Assembly: GCA_950097015.1 (NCBI GenBank)
Contig: CATNEN010000026.1
Coordinates: 930,001-994,000, forward strand
DNA from: Macrostomum hystrix
Lineage: Eukaryota; Animalia; Platyhelminthes
Direction of reading: 5' to 3'
Length of the DNA: 64,000 nt
Part shown: positions 35,040 through 46,651 of the stretch, one piece after another
How positions within the stretch are numbered: the stretch's first letter is position 1
How the letters are laid out: each line of letters starts with the position of its first letter
Position numbers and translations under genes: made by a program
The notes under the pieces: generated by a model
What the model was told of the DNA's origin: nothing
What the model saw: the letters and a program-made list of their open reading frames with translations, nothing else
Database searches by the model: none

Positions 35040-37900
35040 TCACGCCTCTGCGGCGCCCCCGTCCGGCACGGAGGTGACTCCTGAAGTAGAGGAAGCTGAC
35101 GATGACGCCTGCTGGTTGCCATGCAGGCATCGCGGGTCGCGCTCCCGGTCAATTGGACTGTTGATCGCTGGCGCAGGGCCCCAGAACCGGGTGCCAAAGC
35201 CCAGTGAACCGCCCCGATTTCCGTGCTCAGTAACGCGCTGTTGAAACAGCGCCGAGCCAACAGCAGCTGCTGCTGTCGGTGACGACTGATGAGGCAACTG
35301 CGGCGTAGGGACTCGCGATCGGCCAAATGACAAAGTCGTCAGGCACACGCCGTTGCTGCTTCTGTTTGACTGGTCACTTGGTGTCCTGCTAGACGCCCAA
35401 CAACGGCGGCAGCAACCGACAATCAGATTGGTGCTGCCGCTGGGTCCCCGAGCTACGCTTTCATTGCTGAAGGAACTGTCGACGGAGATGTTAGAAAGAG
35501 GCACGGAGGTTGTCGCGCGCGATAGCTGACGTCGGTGCCGGTGCCGGCGCTGCAGGCTGCTCTGCCTCGGCAGCTCGCCAAGGCTTCGCGCGTTGCCAGC
35601 GGCTGCGGCCGCTTCTGGCGTCTCCTGACGTGGCGGCACAAGCGACTGGGTACGCTTGTCAAACAGCAGGTTACCCCCGATGTCGTGCTCAACTAAGTCC
35701 GCGCCCAACTCTTCGTGCTCGATTGAGACACGTAGGCCCATGATGAGGTCAATCGCCTTCAGCAGCAGGAAGGAGGTAACTGCCGTCCAGCCGACAATGG
35801 CGATAATGGCCGCCGTCTGAATGCCAAGCAGGTTGAACCCGCCGCCCTACATGTATATTGCAGGCGCAGCGAATGAGTCACAATGATACTTCTGAAGGCT
35901 GAAATACTGATTAGTCATTGAGAAAAAATACAATTTTTACATAACCCAAATATACAGCCAGTGTGCCTCTGACGCATACAAATGCTGTTGACAGCTGTTC
36001 AGTCCATGGACAGGGAACGCCCGGTCTAAACTTTAGGGAATTGAGTGTCTTGCTCAAGGACACAAGCTGTTTCCCTTGGAGTGAGAATCGAACTCGCGAC
36101 CTTTTAGTCAGATGTACGAAGCTCGATCACGTGAATCGGCCGTTAAAAAATAATGTGAAACGAACAAGATTTTGTTAGTCCTTTTGAACACCCTGACGTC
36201 ACTGAAGTGCGCACCAGCTTTGAATAGAACAAATCCTTGGTGAAAGGTCAATATGAACGCCGACCAGGCTAACTAGACTGTCGGATCTGCGTGCAGACAT
36301 CCTGTCTTATCCCGCCTTAATTCTATTCCAAGCTTAACGAAGTCCAAAACTAAAAATGTTAGGTGTTAGGATTAGATGTTAGGAATAGATGTTAGGATTT
36401 GAGATCTGGCTAAAGCTGATCAGCTATCTTTATATCCATTCAGTTTTGTACTTCACTTTGCGTACTTTTAAGGCTACAAGCAAGCCAGCATCGCCTTTCA
36501 TGGCTTTAACGCTCAACTGACTGCTTTTCTGATTAAGCTCCATTGGACCGCGCGCACTTTGCTACCCAGATAGGCCTAGCTTTTAATTCAGAGTGAAAGA
36601 CATCAAAATCGACATTTTGAAGCGAATGGTGATACGGTGATACCCCCACCCCTATTCGCCCAGCTGATCCTGGCACCCATTAAACAGCTGGGTGAACTGA
36701 AACAATGCAGAGTTAAGTGTCTTGCTAAAGGGCACAAATTGTTTCAGAGGAGTCGGGAATCGAACCCCCGGCCCTCAATTCGTGCTCTAACCGCAAAGCT
36801 ACAACCTCCTTATGAGTCGAGTGTCATCAAATAATGCGGCAGATAGAACGCTCACATAGAACAGGCCATTGTGCCGGGCGGTGATGCGCAGCGCATTCCA
36901 ATCCGTGTCCTGGTGCGCCATCAGGCCAGGGGTGAGCAGGCTCCACACAGCTGCTGAGAAGTGCACGGCGATCACACCTGGATTCGGATGTTTTATTGAC
37001 TTTTTATACTTGCATTTGAATGTGAGCATTGATCGCCCCAGTTGCTTGTGTAATTCCAGCCACCTACCAACAGGGTCGTCGATTTGCAGCTTGGCGACGA
37101 CATTCTCTGTCAGGCATGCCAGAAGTGCCCCAACCACGCCGATGAGGAAACCCTGCCACGGCTCGGCAAGGGCGCACATTGCTGCGTGGTGATCGATGAC
37201 GATCGGTCGGTAAGTGGTTTATCAACCGCAGTTTTATACGATGGAATTAAAGATTTCATACCTGTGATGGACACCAAACTGGCCAGGATACCATTGACAA
37301 TGAGGCTAATGTGAAACTTCCTGCCTCGAGTCAAGTAGCTGAAGATCATGCCGGTCATGCCGCCACCCATCGAGGCGATGATGGTTGACACTGCGGATCT
37401 GCGAGTGGGACAAATCTTTCAATGATAACCATTGGTACACAAGAAATGCAAGTGTTTTAGACTGATGGATTAACCTAAAGTAGTTGTAGGATTAAAACCG
37501 GATGATGTAGGATTAAAACCGGATGATGTAGCATTAAAACCGGATGATGTAGGACTAAAACCGGATGATTTAGCATTATAACCGGATGATGTAGCATTAA
37601 AACCGGATGATGTAGGATTTAAACCGGATGATGTAGCATTAAAACCGGATGATGTAGGATTTAAACCGGATGATGTAGCATTAAAACCGGATGATGTAGC
37701 ATTAAAACCGGATGATGTAGCATTAAAACCGGATGATGTAGCATTAAAACCGGATGATGTAGCATTAAAACCGGATGATGTAGGATTAAAACCGGATGAT
37801 GTAGCATTAAAACCGGATGATGTAGGATTAAAACCGGATGATGTAGGATTTAAACCGGATGATGTAGCATTAAAACCGGATGATGTAGCCGGAGGATGAT

Positions 37901-37958
<58 letters not shown>

Positions 37959-40182
37959 GACTGTCTGTCTGTCTGTCCCTCTGTCCGCATTAGTAGATAT
38001 AACCAATTATAGCAACATACTTAAGATGAAATCGTGAATTTTTTTAATCTTCTAATTCCTTTTTGCGCGGAAATCAGCCGGCCCGGCCCCAAAAAGCATG
38101 AAAAGCGAAGATGCGATACCTTGCCGCCAGCTTCCACTTGTCACCGCTGATGCCGAAGGTTGAGCCGCAGTTGAAACCAAGCCAGCCCCACCTGGAAAAC
38201 GGTTGCGGAGCCATAGTTTCCCACTTAACAGGTGACATTTAACAGGCGTTGGCAAACTGATTAGTGTGCGGGCCACGTAGAGAACCTAAAAGACCACAGC
38301 GGGCCGCATAAACTGTAGGAATATGAGACACGGGAGAGATGAGACAGGGAAGAGATGAGACAGGGGAGAGATAAGACAGGGAAGAGATGAGACACGGGAG
38401 AGATGAGACACGGGAGAGATGAGACAGGGGAGAGATAAGACAGGGAAGAGATGAGACACGGGAGAGATGAGACAGGGAAGAGATGAGACACGGGAGAGAT
38501 GAGACAGGGGAGAGATGAGACACGGGAGAGATGAGACACGGGAGAGATGAGACAGGGAAGAGATGAGATAAGACGTGAGAGACACGGGAGAAATGAGACT
38601 CTCCATCTCCAGATGAGAGAGAGAGATGATGAGACAGGGAAAGATGAGACAGGGTGCTATGGGTGTTGGAAGGGGCAAAGGACCGCATCTGGCCTGCGGG
38701 CCAGAGTTTGCCGACCCCTGCACTAGACCCACAGCCAGCGAGGAGGCAATTCTGCCCATTTCGCTGACTCCTGAGCACACACGCACACGGATACTGTACG
38801 CATTTGGTGTCGTAGAAAAAACGATCCATTTGGGCTATGAGCCAGTTTCAAGCCAGATTCTACACTCATTAACATAAAACAAGGACTCTTCCAAAGGCAC
38901 AATACATCCTATACACACTCTCTAGTTAGGCATTGTTGCATGAGCCAAGGGTGAAGACCAACTGAACTGACTATGGAGTAATTCAAACCCAGTTTCAGTT
39001 AACAATCCATCGGACAAAGCGAATGATAAAGAGAATATTTATCCTTTGACGTCGCTTAGGTTAATGGAGGCCTATTGCCACTCGCCTCAGTGAGCACAGA
39101 GCTCTCATTATAGAATGAGAAACTCAGCAGAGAAGCCAAAACATCAAGCCGGCCGGAGCGTTGGTAGTTAACTCACCAGAGCATAAACATGCCGAGCAGG
39201 GCATTGGTCGGACTGCCCATCTGCGGAAATGTGCCTGAAAACCTGTGCCGCCTCGGCTTCAGCATGATGGTGGCCACCATGCCGGTGGTGCCACCAACCA
39301 GGTGTACCGGGCCCGCGCCGGCAATGTCCATGCAGCTCATCTTGTAAAGAAAGCCCTCCTCGGCCCACATCCAGTGCGCCGGGAAGCAGAAGATGAAGGT
39401 GTTGAAGAAGCTGAACAGCATGTAGGACTCCAGCTTGGTGCGTTCCGCCATGGCGCCGGACACGATGGTGGTGGAGGTGGTGGCGAAGGAGGCCTGGAAG
39501 AAGAACTTCGAATAGAGCCAGCCGGTGTCGTTCTTGTCCGCCGTGATCATGAAGTTGCCCCAGCCGCTGAACTGATTCGCCATCGGGTCGTTGCCAAACG
39601 AGAACGAATAGCCGGCTAGCCAGTAGGAGAAGCCGCCGAAGACTACGTCCGCCACGTTCTTGACCATGATGTTCGCCTCATTCTTGGCGGTGCAAGATCC
39701 TGACTCCAGCAGGCCGAATCCTGACAGATTGAGACGGGTTTGTGTGGCAAAGTGTTGCTTTGTGTACACTTCTTGAACTGTTCTTGACACCTTCAAGTTT
39801 GGCATCTTGCGTCTCACCGCTCTGCATAGTGAATATGATGAATGTTGAAGACAGAATCCAGATTGCGTCACTCTGGGGCTCCCACACGAGGTGGGCGGGC
39901 GTTGCAGCCGGAGGCATTGTGGCTCTAATTAATCAGGGGTTGTCTCAGTATTTTTAATTTTCATCTCTTAGACACAGTTGAGATTGCTTTCGGCAGAGGA
40001 GATGGACAGGTGCCTCTTGTCTCTCTCTGTCTTTAACTTTACTGTGATTAAACGCCCTTTTTATGCGTTTAATCTGATTGGCCCGACTTGTTTTCAATCA
40101 AGAAGTCTGGCCTCCTAGATGAAAAGGAGACACTTCCCTGTGGTGCAGCGCACATTTCTTGTAAAAAGAATTCAACGGAAAA

Positions 40183-40251
<69 letters not shown>

Positions 40252-40254
40252 GAC

Positions 40255-40318
<64 letters not shown>

Positions 40319-40552
40319 CCTCTGTCCGCACGCACCGCTCTGCATGGTGAAGATGATGAATGCGGACGTCAACACCCAGATTGCGTCGGCCTCGCCGCTA
40401 ATCTCGGCCTTGTACATCATCGAGAAATAGTGCAGGCTGCGTTCTGGCTCTAGGTTGCCATCGTCCGCGGCTGCAGCCGCAGCAGCGATCTTTGAATTCC
40501 CAGAAGCCATTGACGCAGCAGCAGCAGCAGCAGCAGCAGAAGGATAAGCCAT
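35040..40552 (-). CDS. amt: Ammonium transporter (Amt family), 7 coding exons
   Basis: Exons 40552-40336 (or 39917-39818), 39720-39177, 38191-38120, 37398-37262, 37181-37068, 36977-36856, 35846-35040; phases consistent; motifs IFTMQSGFGLLESG, FQASFATT, PAHWMW, DIAGAGPVHLVGG, WWGWLGFNCGS, QIDDPVGVIAVH. Confidence 0.93.
35965..36130 (-). mobile_element. SINE family B (CORE-like), degraded copy
   Basis: Reverse complement resembles 55630-55945 (gtgtccttgagcaagacact, cagtccatgg). Confidence 0.6.
36640..36805 (-). mobile_element. SINE family B (CORE-like) copy
   Basis: Reverse complement contains ggggttcgattcccgactcc and gcaagacacttaactctgcattgtttcagttcacccagctg. Confidence 0.75.
37490..37985. 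repeat. 21-bp minisatellite (TTAAAACCGGATGATGTAGCA)n followed by a (GTCT)n microsatellite
   Basis: Direct reading; in an Amt intron. Confidence 0.95.
38243..38720. mobile_element. hAT-type MITE with internal 16-17-bp minisatellite (GAGATGAGACA..GG)
   Basis: TIRs caggcgttggcaaac (38243) and gtttgccgacccctg (38720); subterminal gcgggcc motifs; no clear TSD because a SINE tail abuts the right end. Confidence 0.65.
38722..38800 (-). mobile_element. SINE family A, tail fragment
   Basis: actagacccacagccagcgaggaggcaattctgccc. Confidence 0.75.
39818..39917 (-). CDS. amt: Alternative first coding exon (1b) of the Amt gene
   Basis: ATG at 39917; MPPAATPAHLVWEPQSDAIWILSSTFIIFTMQSG; donor G|GTGAG has the same phase as exon 1a. 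Confidence 0.8.
40184..40330. repeat. (GTCT)n microsatellite next to the Amt exon 1a donor
   Basis: Direct reading. Confidence 0.97.
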
Positions 40553-41084
40553 TCTAGCCGCAACGATACAAGCTAACCTTGTCCCCTAAGCCAGGAGTTG
40601 CATGATTTTAAACTGCAGCGGGAGCAGCGGCGGATGGACTTAAGAAGACAGTCTGCGGGATTGGTTCGGGCAATTTTTTGTCCTCTTTTTCCCCTTTTAG
40701 TTCCTCTCCATTCGGCATTCTTTATTTGTTCCTGATCTGAAATCTGTGCGGAAGACTGGATGCCGAACAGATTAACGGGAGAAAAAACTTTTTAACTTTA
40801 AATTTACTCACCGCTTGACTTAGAAAGGCACTTTCTGTAAGAGTGTACTCTAAACTTGCAAATCGGTTGACATTGAAGCACCTTTAATTATAGGAAGGTT
40901 CTTAATCTAAAACATTTATGTTTATTCGAATTCCAAATCTACTATTAATAGATAAAAAAATTTAGGAATCGCAAAAATAGGTTCCTATTGAATTTAACCG
41001 ATAATTAGCGGCATCCGTGTCTTAAAAAAAAGCAGCATTTTAGTTCATTTTTTAACAGACTGTTTTACAGACAGTATTGTCAGA

Positions 41085-41352
41085 ATTCTGTCTTTGACAG
41101 CACCTGTCTTTGACAGCACCCTGTCTTTGACAGCACCCTGTATTTGACAGCACCCTGTATTTGACAGCACCCTGTATTTGACAGCACCCTGTATTTGACA
41201 GCACCCTGTCTTTGACAGCACCCTGTCTTTGACAGCACCCTGTCTTTGACAGCACCCTGTCTTTGACAGCACCCTGTCTTTGACAGCACCCTGTCTTTGA
41301 CAGCACCCTGTCTTTGACAGCACCCTGTCTTTGACAGCACCCTGTCTTTGAC
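41085..41352. repeat. 17-bp minisatellite (CCTGTCTTTGACAGCAC)n with CTGTC/GACAG hairpin
   Basis: Direct reading. Confidence 0.95.
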
Positions 41353-41880
41353 ATCATCCAATCTTTAACAAAATCGTCTGTTTGACTGTCTGTCTAATTT
41401 GACAGGATGATTATTGTGAGAAAATTAGTAAATTGGTAAATTGTCTTCATTTAGTAAATTGACAGAACTGTGTAGAGAAATCCTAGCCAATGCTGTCATT
41501 TAAAAGGGACAAAAATATTCGAACCTCAAACATTTATGAAGTTTATTTGTTTAATTATTAGCAGATTTATTATTTTCGGATAAGTTTTAATACAAGCCGT
41601 CATTTTTGGAAAATAAAATGAAAAAACGCACAAATAGAACGATTACTTGACAATGTTAGGCCCACATCAATATTTAATTAGTACACATTGAAGTCAGGAG
41701 AAAATATCACAAATTAGGTTTTTATCGTAAATACTTTATCCCTCTCTATTCAGGTAATAATTGTTTCCACTAATGCAACCATTCACTAGGTCACTACTAT
41801 CAGTAATAGTTGTAGTATTAATTCTTAAAAAGCGGGAACATGATCGAGCTTCGAATCCGCGACAGTTTCAGGGTCTACTG

Positions 41881-44800
41881 CTACTCAACGATCTCAACTG
41901 ATCTGCCTGTGGTCTGGCCGCCGCCAGCATCGCCGCGGGCCCCGCTGGCACCTCCGGGATGGTTTGCCATCCAAGTTGACAGCCGCTCCTTGACGTTCAT
42001 GTGGCCGCCGAGGATGTCAGGCGGAGTCGACTGCAGCTTGACGGAGGTGTTGCAGAACACCTGCAATTAGAGGTGGGTTTCCAGGAAATTGGCGAATAAA
42101 ATTGTATCGGGTCAGCCGAGTGCAGCTGCACGAACTCTCACCGTAGCTTGCAGATTGACGAGCTCGGTGCTGTGGAAGGCGGCGCCGTCCTGCTGTAGCG
42201 GCACGATGCGGGAAGCATCAATCGACGCCATCTGTCGTGCCTTCGCCTGGCGCAGCTTTGAATAGTCCGATGTTCGCGCCACAAAGTCGCGGAAGTCGTT
42301 GATCGCCTTCTCCTTCTGGCGGTGGTCCTCGCGAAGCTCGGCGTAGAGTGCCTGCTCCTCTGAGACCTCCTGCTCACGCTTGGCCTCCATGAGCTCCGTT
42401 TGAGTCCGAGCTACCAGCATCGTCTCCTGCTCCGTGCACTTGTTGACCCAGTCCAGGGCCTCTCTATCAGGCGTCACCGGCCGCACCTGCTCGAGCTCCA
42501 GCTCCCGTTGTACCTCGTCCCACACCTCGCCGAGCTTGTAGTCCAGGTAGCGCTCGATCAGAGTTAGAGTCACGTGATCCTCAGCGTTGATGCCTGGCAG
42601 ATCGACGAAACCAATCCGGTAGAACAGAGCGTAGATTTTGGCGCGCACGTTCTCGGAGACCTCCACGATGGCCCGGCTGGGTAGGCTGGCTGGCTGCGGA
42701 GTCACGGGCTGCTTCCGCTGAGCGTCGCCCATCAGTGGCGATAGCAGGTCCCCGATAGACCCGTCAGGCCTGCGCGGGCAGCCGATGGTGGCCTCGGTGT
42801 CGCGCCACAGAGCGCAGAACAGATGGGGCGCTGTGACCTCGCGACCGCCCTTCCAGGTCTTCAAATGCGGCAGGGTCTTCTCGTTCTCGCTGAGGTCGAG
42901 GAGCACGCCCAGTATTAGGCTGTGCAGATCTGACGGGCAGCGCTCGAGAAGGTCGAGCAGGAGGTACACACCCTCGCGCTCCAGGAAGGAGTCCTCGGTT
43001 GTGTAGGAGCCGACCACGCAGCACCAGACAGCATCGATGGCGGCGATCACCAGCTGGTAGTGACCCAATCCTGAGCTCAGGAGGCCGGGGTCCGTGCGTA
43101 GAAACTGCACAAGTGTGGCCACTCCGGAAGGTCCGAACAAATCCTTGTTGTGCAGACTATTCTCGCACAGGCCGCTCAGGATGCTCAGCATTTCGCGCTT
43201 CATCTCGAGGTCGATTGTATCGTCGTTAGTAGCCGTCGCAGCGACAGCCGGACCGGATCGGCTGCCGGTGACGGCCGCCACCGAAGAGGCCAGGATCTCG
43301 CTGAGCGCACCGATCGCGTCCTGGTCGACAAAGTCAGCCAGAATGTCGGGATTGTTCGTTGCCACCATGGCTGAGATGGCTCTCAAGGTGCGCCGCATCT
43401 GTGCTCGCTTGCTGCCGCGGCCGCCGGAGCCGTGGAAAGCGTTGCCATAGCCGAGGAAGTCGCCGCTGGCCTCGGTACACCAGAACAGAAGCTCCAGAAG
43501 ACGGTTGCAGCCGTTGCAGCTGATGAAATCCGCCTGCATCTTTGGCCCGACTGTGGCCAGTGCGGAGAGTGCCAGCAGCTGCAGCTCTTCAACATAGGCC
43601 GGGGGCAGCTCTCTCGGCTTGCTAGTCGGTTCGTTCGGCTTCACGTAGGACAACAGCGCCAGCATGAAGTGGCCCTCTGACAGGACAGGCAGGGCGCAGG
43701 GATCGCCCGACAGGCTGACGAGGGTGCTGATAAGCAGCTTCTTCAGCTCGAAATCCTCGTGATTTTTTGACAGCTTCAGATTCCTAACTAACGGACTGTG
43801 GCTCTTGACCTCCTCGAAAGTGGCAAACAGTGTTAGCTGCTTGAGGAAGCCGACCTCGATAAACGGCGCCCGACAGTCGGTGGCGGCGAGCAGCTGCACC
43901 AGCACCAGGACGTCGTTGCGCAACTGCCTATCGAACACGGAGAAGGTGCGCGGCAGCAGGTAGACGAAGGCCTCGCGCAGCTGGGCGACGCATTCCTGGC
44001 AGGCCAGCTGCCTGGCCACCTGCTCGGCGTCTCCGCGCTCCATCAGGTTCCAGAGGATCTCAACGGAGCGGAACAGCAGCTCGCCTGACGGATCCGGGTC
44101 AGTCATTCGGCTGCACAGTGTGTAGGCGGCGTTGACGCCCAGCATCTGGATGCAGCAGCGGGACGAATTGGCGGACAGCTTCTGCAGCAGGCTGATCACA
44201 GCCAGACGCACCGTCAAGTCTTTGTCCAGCAGTTTAAGAGTGCGAACCAGCGTCTCCGAGATGTCGCTTTCCTCGCAGATGGCTTGATTGTATCTGAGAG
44301 GAGGCGCAAAAGCAAATGCCATCAGAAAACACGGATCCGTGAGATTTGCCGCAATTCATGCTGCCCCACACAACGCTTGGCCACGTAATATAAGATTTTC
44401 ACATTGTAACGAACTAGTATGTTAGATTTTTTTTTATATTTTTATCATTTCATGGGTTTGTGTGGACCATACTGCCATGATATGATTATCCAATGAAAAT
44501 TTAAACACCCTGGAAGAATTGTTGATTGTGGTCAGTGGCAGAGCGGTCCAATGCGTTTGCCTCTCGCACCAAAGGTACCTGAGCTCGATTCGGCGGCGAG
44601 GCCACATTCACTTAGGGCACAGCCCCAGAGAGAATGCTTGGGGCCTTGTTGTGCAATTTACGCCCTTTGATGGCCAACCTCCAAGGCACAGTGAGAGTGT
44701 ACACTGCCTGACGGCGAGAAAGTCAGGGCAGATGTACACATTCGTGTGTGTGCCTGCGTACAGTATTTTTGTTGACTGTGTGATTAGGCGTCAGCGAAAT

Positions 44801-45468
44801 GGGTAGAATTGCCTCCTTTTTGCTAACCTTGTTTCGCCTAAGCATTGCTTGGTTGGTCCCGGAAATGAAACTCACTTCGCGCTGGCCGGTTTGTGGTCCC
44901 GTACGTCCTGGGGCGGCGGCTCGCCGTCGTAGATTTGCGCCAGAGTGCGGCAGATCTGCAGCCGGACTCGGCTGACGTCCACCCGCATGAGGAAGGCCAG
45001 CTGGGAGGCTGTCTCGACGCTGATCTGGAGGTAGGCCAGCTCGTCTGACGCCTTCTCCATCAGGAACGGCAGAGCGCATACGCAGAGGCAGTCTACAAGC
45101 GGCTCAACGTAGCAGACAAGGCCCTCCTCGATGCGGTCGGCGCAGATGTTGAGAATGCGGCGCACCTGCACGAGGTCCTTCATGAGGAAGCCCTGGCGGT
45201 AGTGCCGCAGGAGGCGTTCGATTGCCATGACGTGGCGATCGTACAGGCCTGCGTAGTGTGGGTCAGTGAGCACCTTGAGCACTCGGGCCAGGTCAACTGG
45301 TTGCAGCTTTTCGCCGGCAACATTGCCAATGTCTTCGTCTGTGATTATGTGAGCCACAATTGGGATCTGTTGGGTCTCCAGCTTCTGGGAGATTGCTGTC
45401 AGCGCGAGGCCGCCGGGCGGCAACGCTGACGACCCGCCGCCCGCGAAGGCTTGGGTCTTTGTTGCCAT
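41881..45468 (-). CDS. CFAP69: Cilia- and flagella-associated protein 69, 974 aa, 3 exons
   Basis: Exons 45468-44876, 44293-42142, 42060-41881, phases consistent; DPDPSGELLFRSVEILWNL, DRQLRNDVLV, EDFELKKLL, GNAFHGSGGRGSKRAQMR, VSENVRAKIYA match remembered CFAP69 sequence. Confidence 0.93.
44533..44820 (+). mobile_element. SINE family A copy in CFAP69 intron 1
   Basis: gtggcagagcgg head, gagctcgattc B-box-like, shared body. Confidence 0.82.
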
Positions 45469-46586
45469 CTGAATAGAGCGGGCGATGACGAATAGAATTT
45501 AATATCAATAAATAAGCAAGTTGGAAATTTGGTCCACTTTTCCAATAAAATATGACTTAATAAGGCAGTGTCATTTTTAGTACACTAAGTGAAAAATATG
45601 ATTTTGTTAAAAAAACTATTGTTCTTGTTTTGTTTTACTAAATTCTACTTGTTGCAAAATCAAGCAAAATCAACACAGCAAATAACAGCAAATGACAGAA
45701 AAAGGGCTTGAAATTATTTTACTAGTTTCTAACATACTAACATTTACTAGTTTCTAAAGTATAGAAACTAGTAAATGTTTAGTAAATAATAATTATCGAC
45801 ATAAAATGTACATATATGGACATGTTTTACTATTTAAAAAATATGACTTGATTAAGTCAATAGGTAAAGTTCTATTATCTAAAAAATAATCGTTTTTTAT
45901 GAAAAAAAAATTTTTTTCAATAACAAGAAACAACGATAACCACAACTACATATAACTATATTAACTTTAGAAATTAAAAGCACTCCTGAGTCACAGAACA
46001 ATAAACTGTAAAAAAATTTCCCCAATTTCTAATTTAAAAAGTTACAAAAAGTTCATTTTTCTATTTATATACACGTAATTTTATTAATGGTATTTATATA
46101 ATCTTGCGATACAAAATCATTTACATGAAGTATTTTAGACTAAAATATTCCAAGAAGTTCTACTTATATTCTGAAATAATTGATGGTTACTAGTTGTCAA
46201 ATTAACATTAAAATTTAAATACTTCTGAATGTTCAATCGTGTCGAATAGCTCATGCATTATTGCACTAAAGTCAAGCACAATCAGATTAATATAAGAAAT
46301 AACATTAAAATTATTATTTTTTTATGTACGACATTTATGTGTAATCATTTGCTTGACCGCTATAAGTTGTTACGACTGTCCATTATGTATAAAAGACAGG
46401 ATTTCGTTCATGTTTGACAAAAACTCTACTAGCCTAATCAATTAGGATCTAAAGAACTTTTTTTCTTGCACACAGAGGAAATAAAACTTTCATTGTCAAC
46501 TGTTAAACATAGCGAAAGCATACATACAAAAATATTGCCTGTCAATTGTAAAGCAGTAGATTTTTATTTTAAGACGTCCTTAGACC

Positions 46587-46651
46587 CAGTAGAGTAGCTA
46601 GGGGGGATAGGGGGATATATCCCCCATTTCAAAATCCTAACTACGCCACTG
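46587..46651. mobile_element. Tiny MITE-like element with CAGT(A/G)G(A/C)GTAG...CTACGCCACTG ends
   Basis: 11-bp imperfect TIRs; TSD not exact. Confidence 0.4.

Noticed and set aside
37470-38006. ORF with many NATS N-glycosylation sequons (mucin or antifreeze-like look)
   Set aside because: It is a 21-bp intronic array in the Amt gene, with no signal peptide
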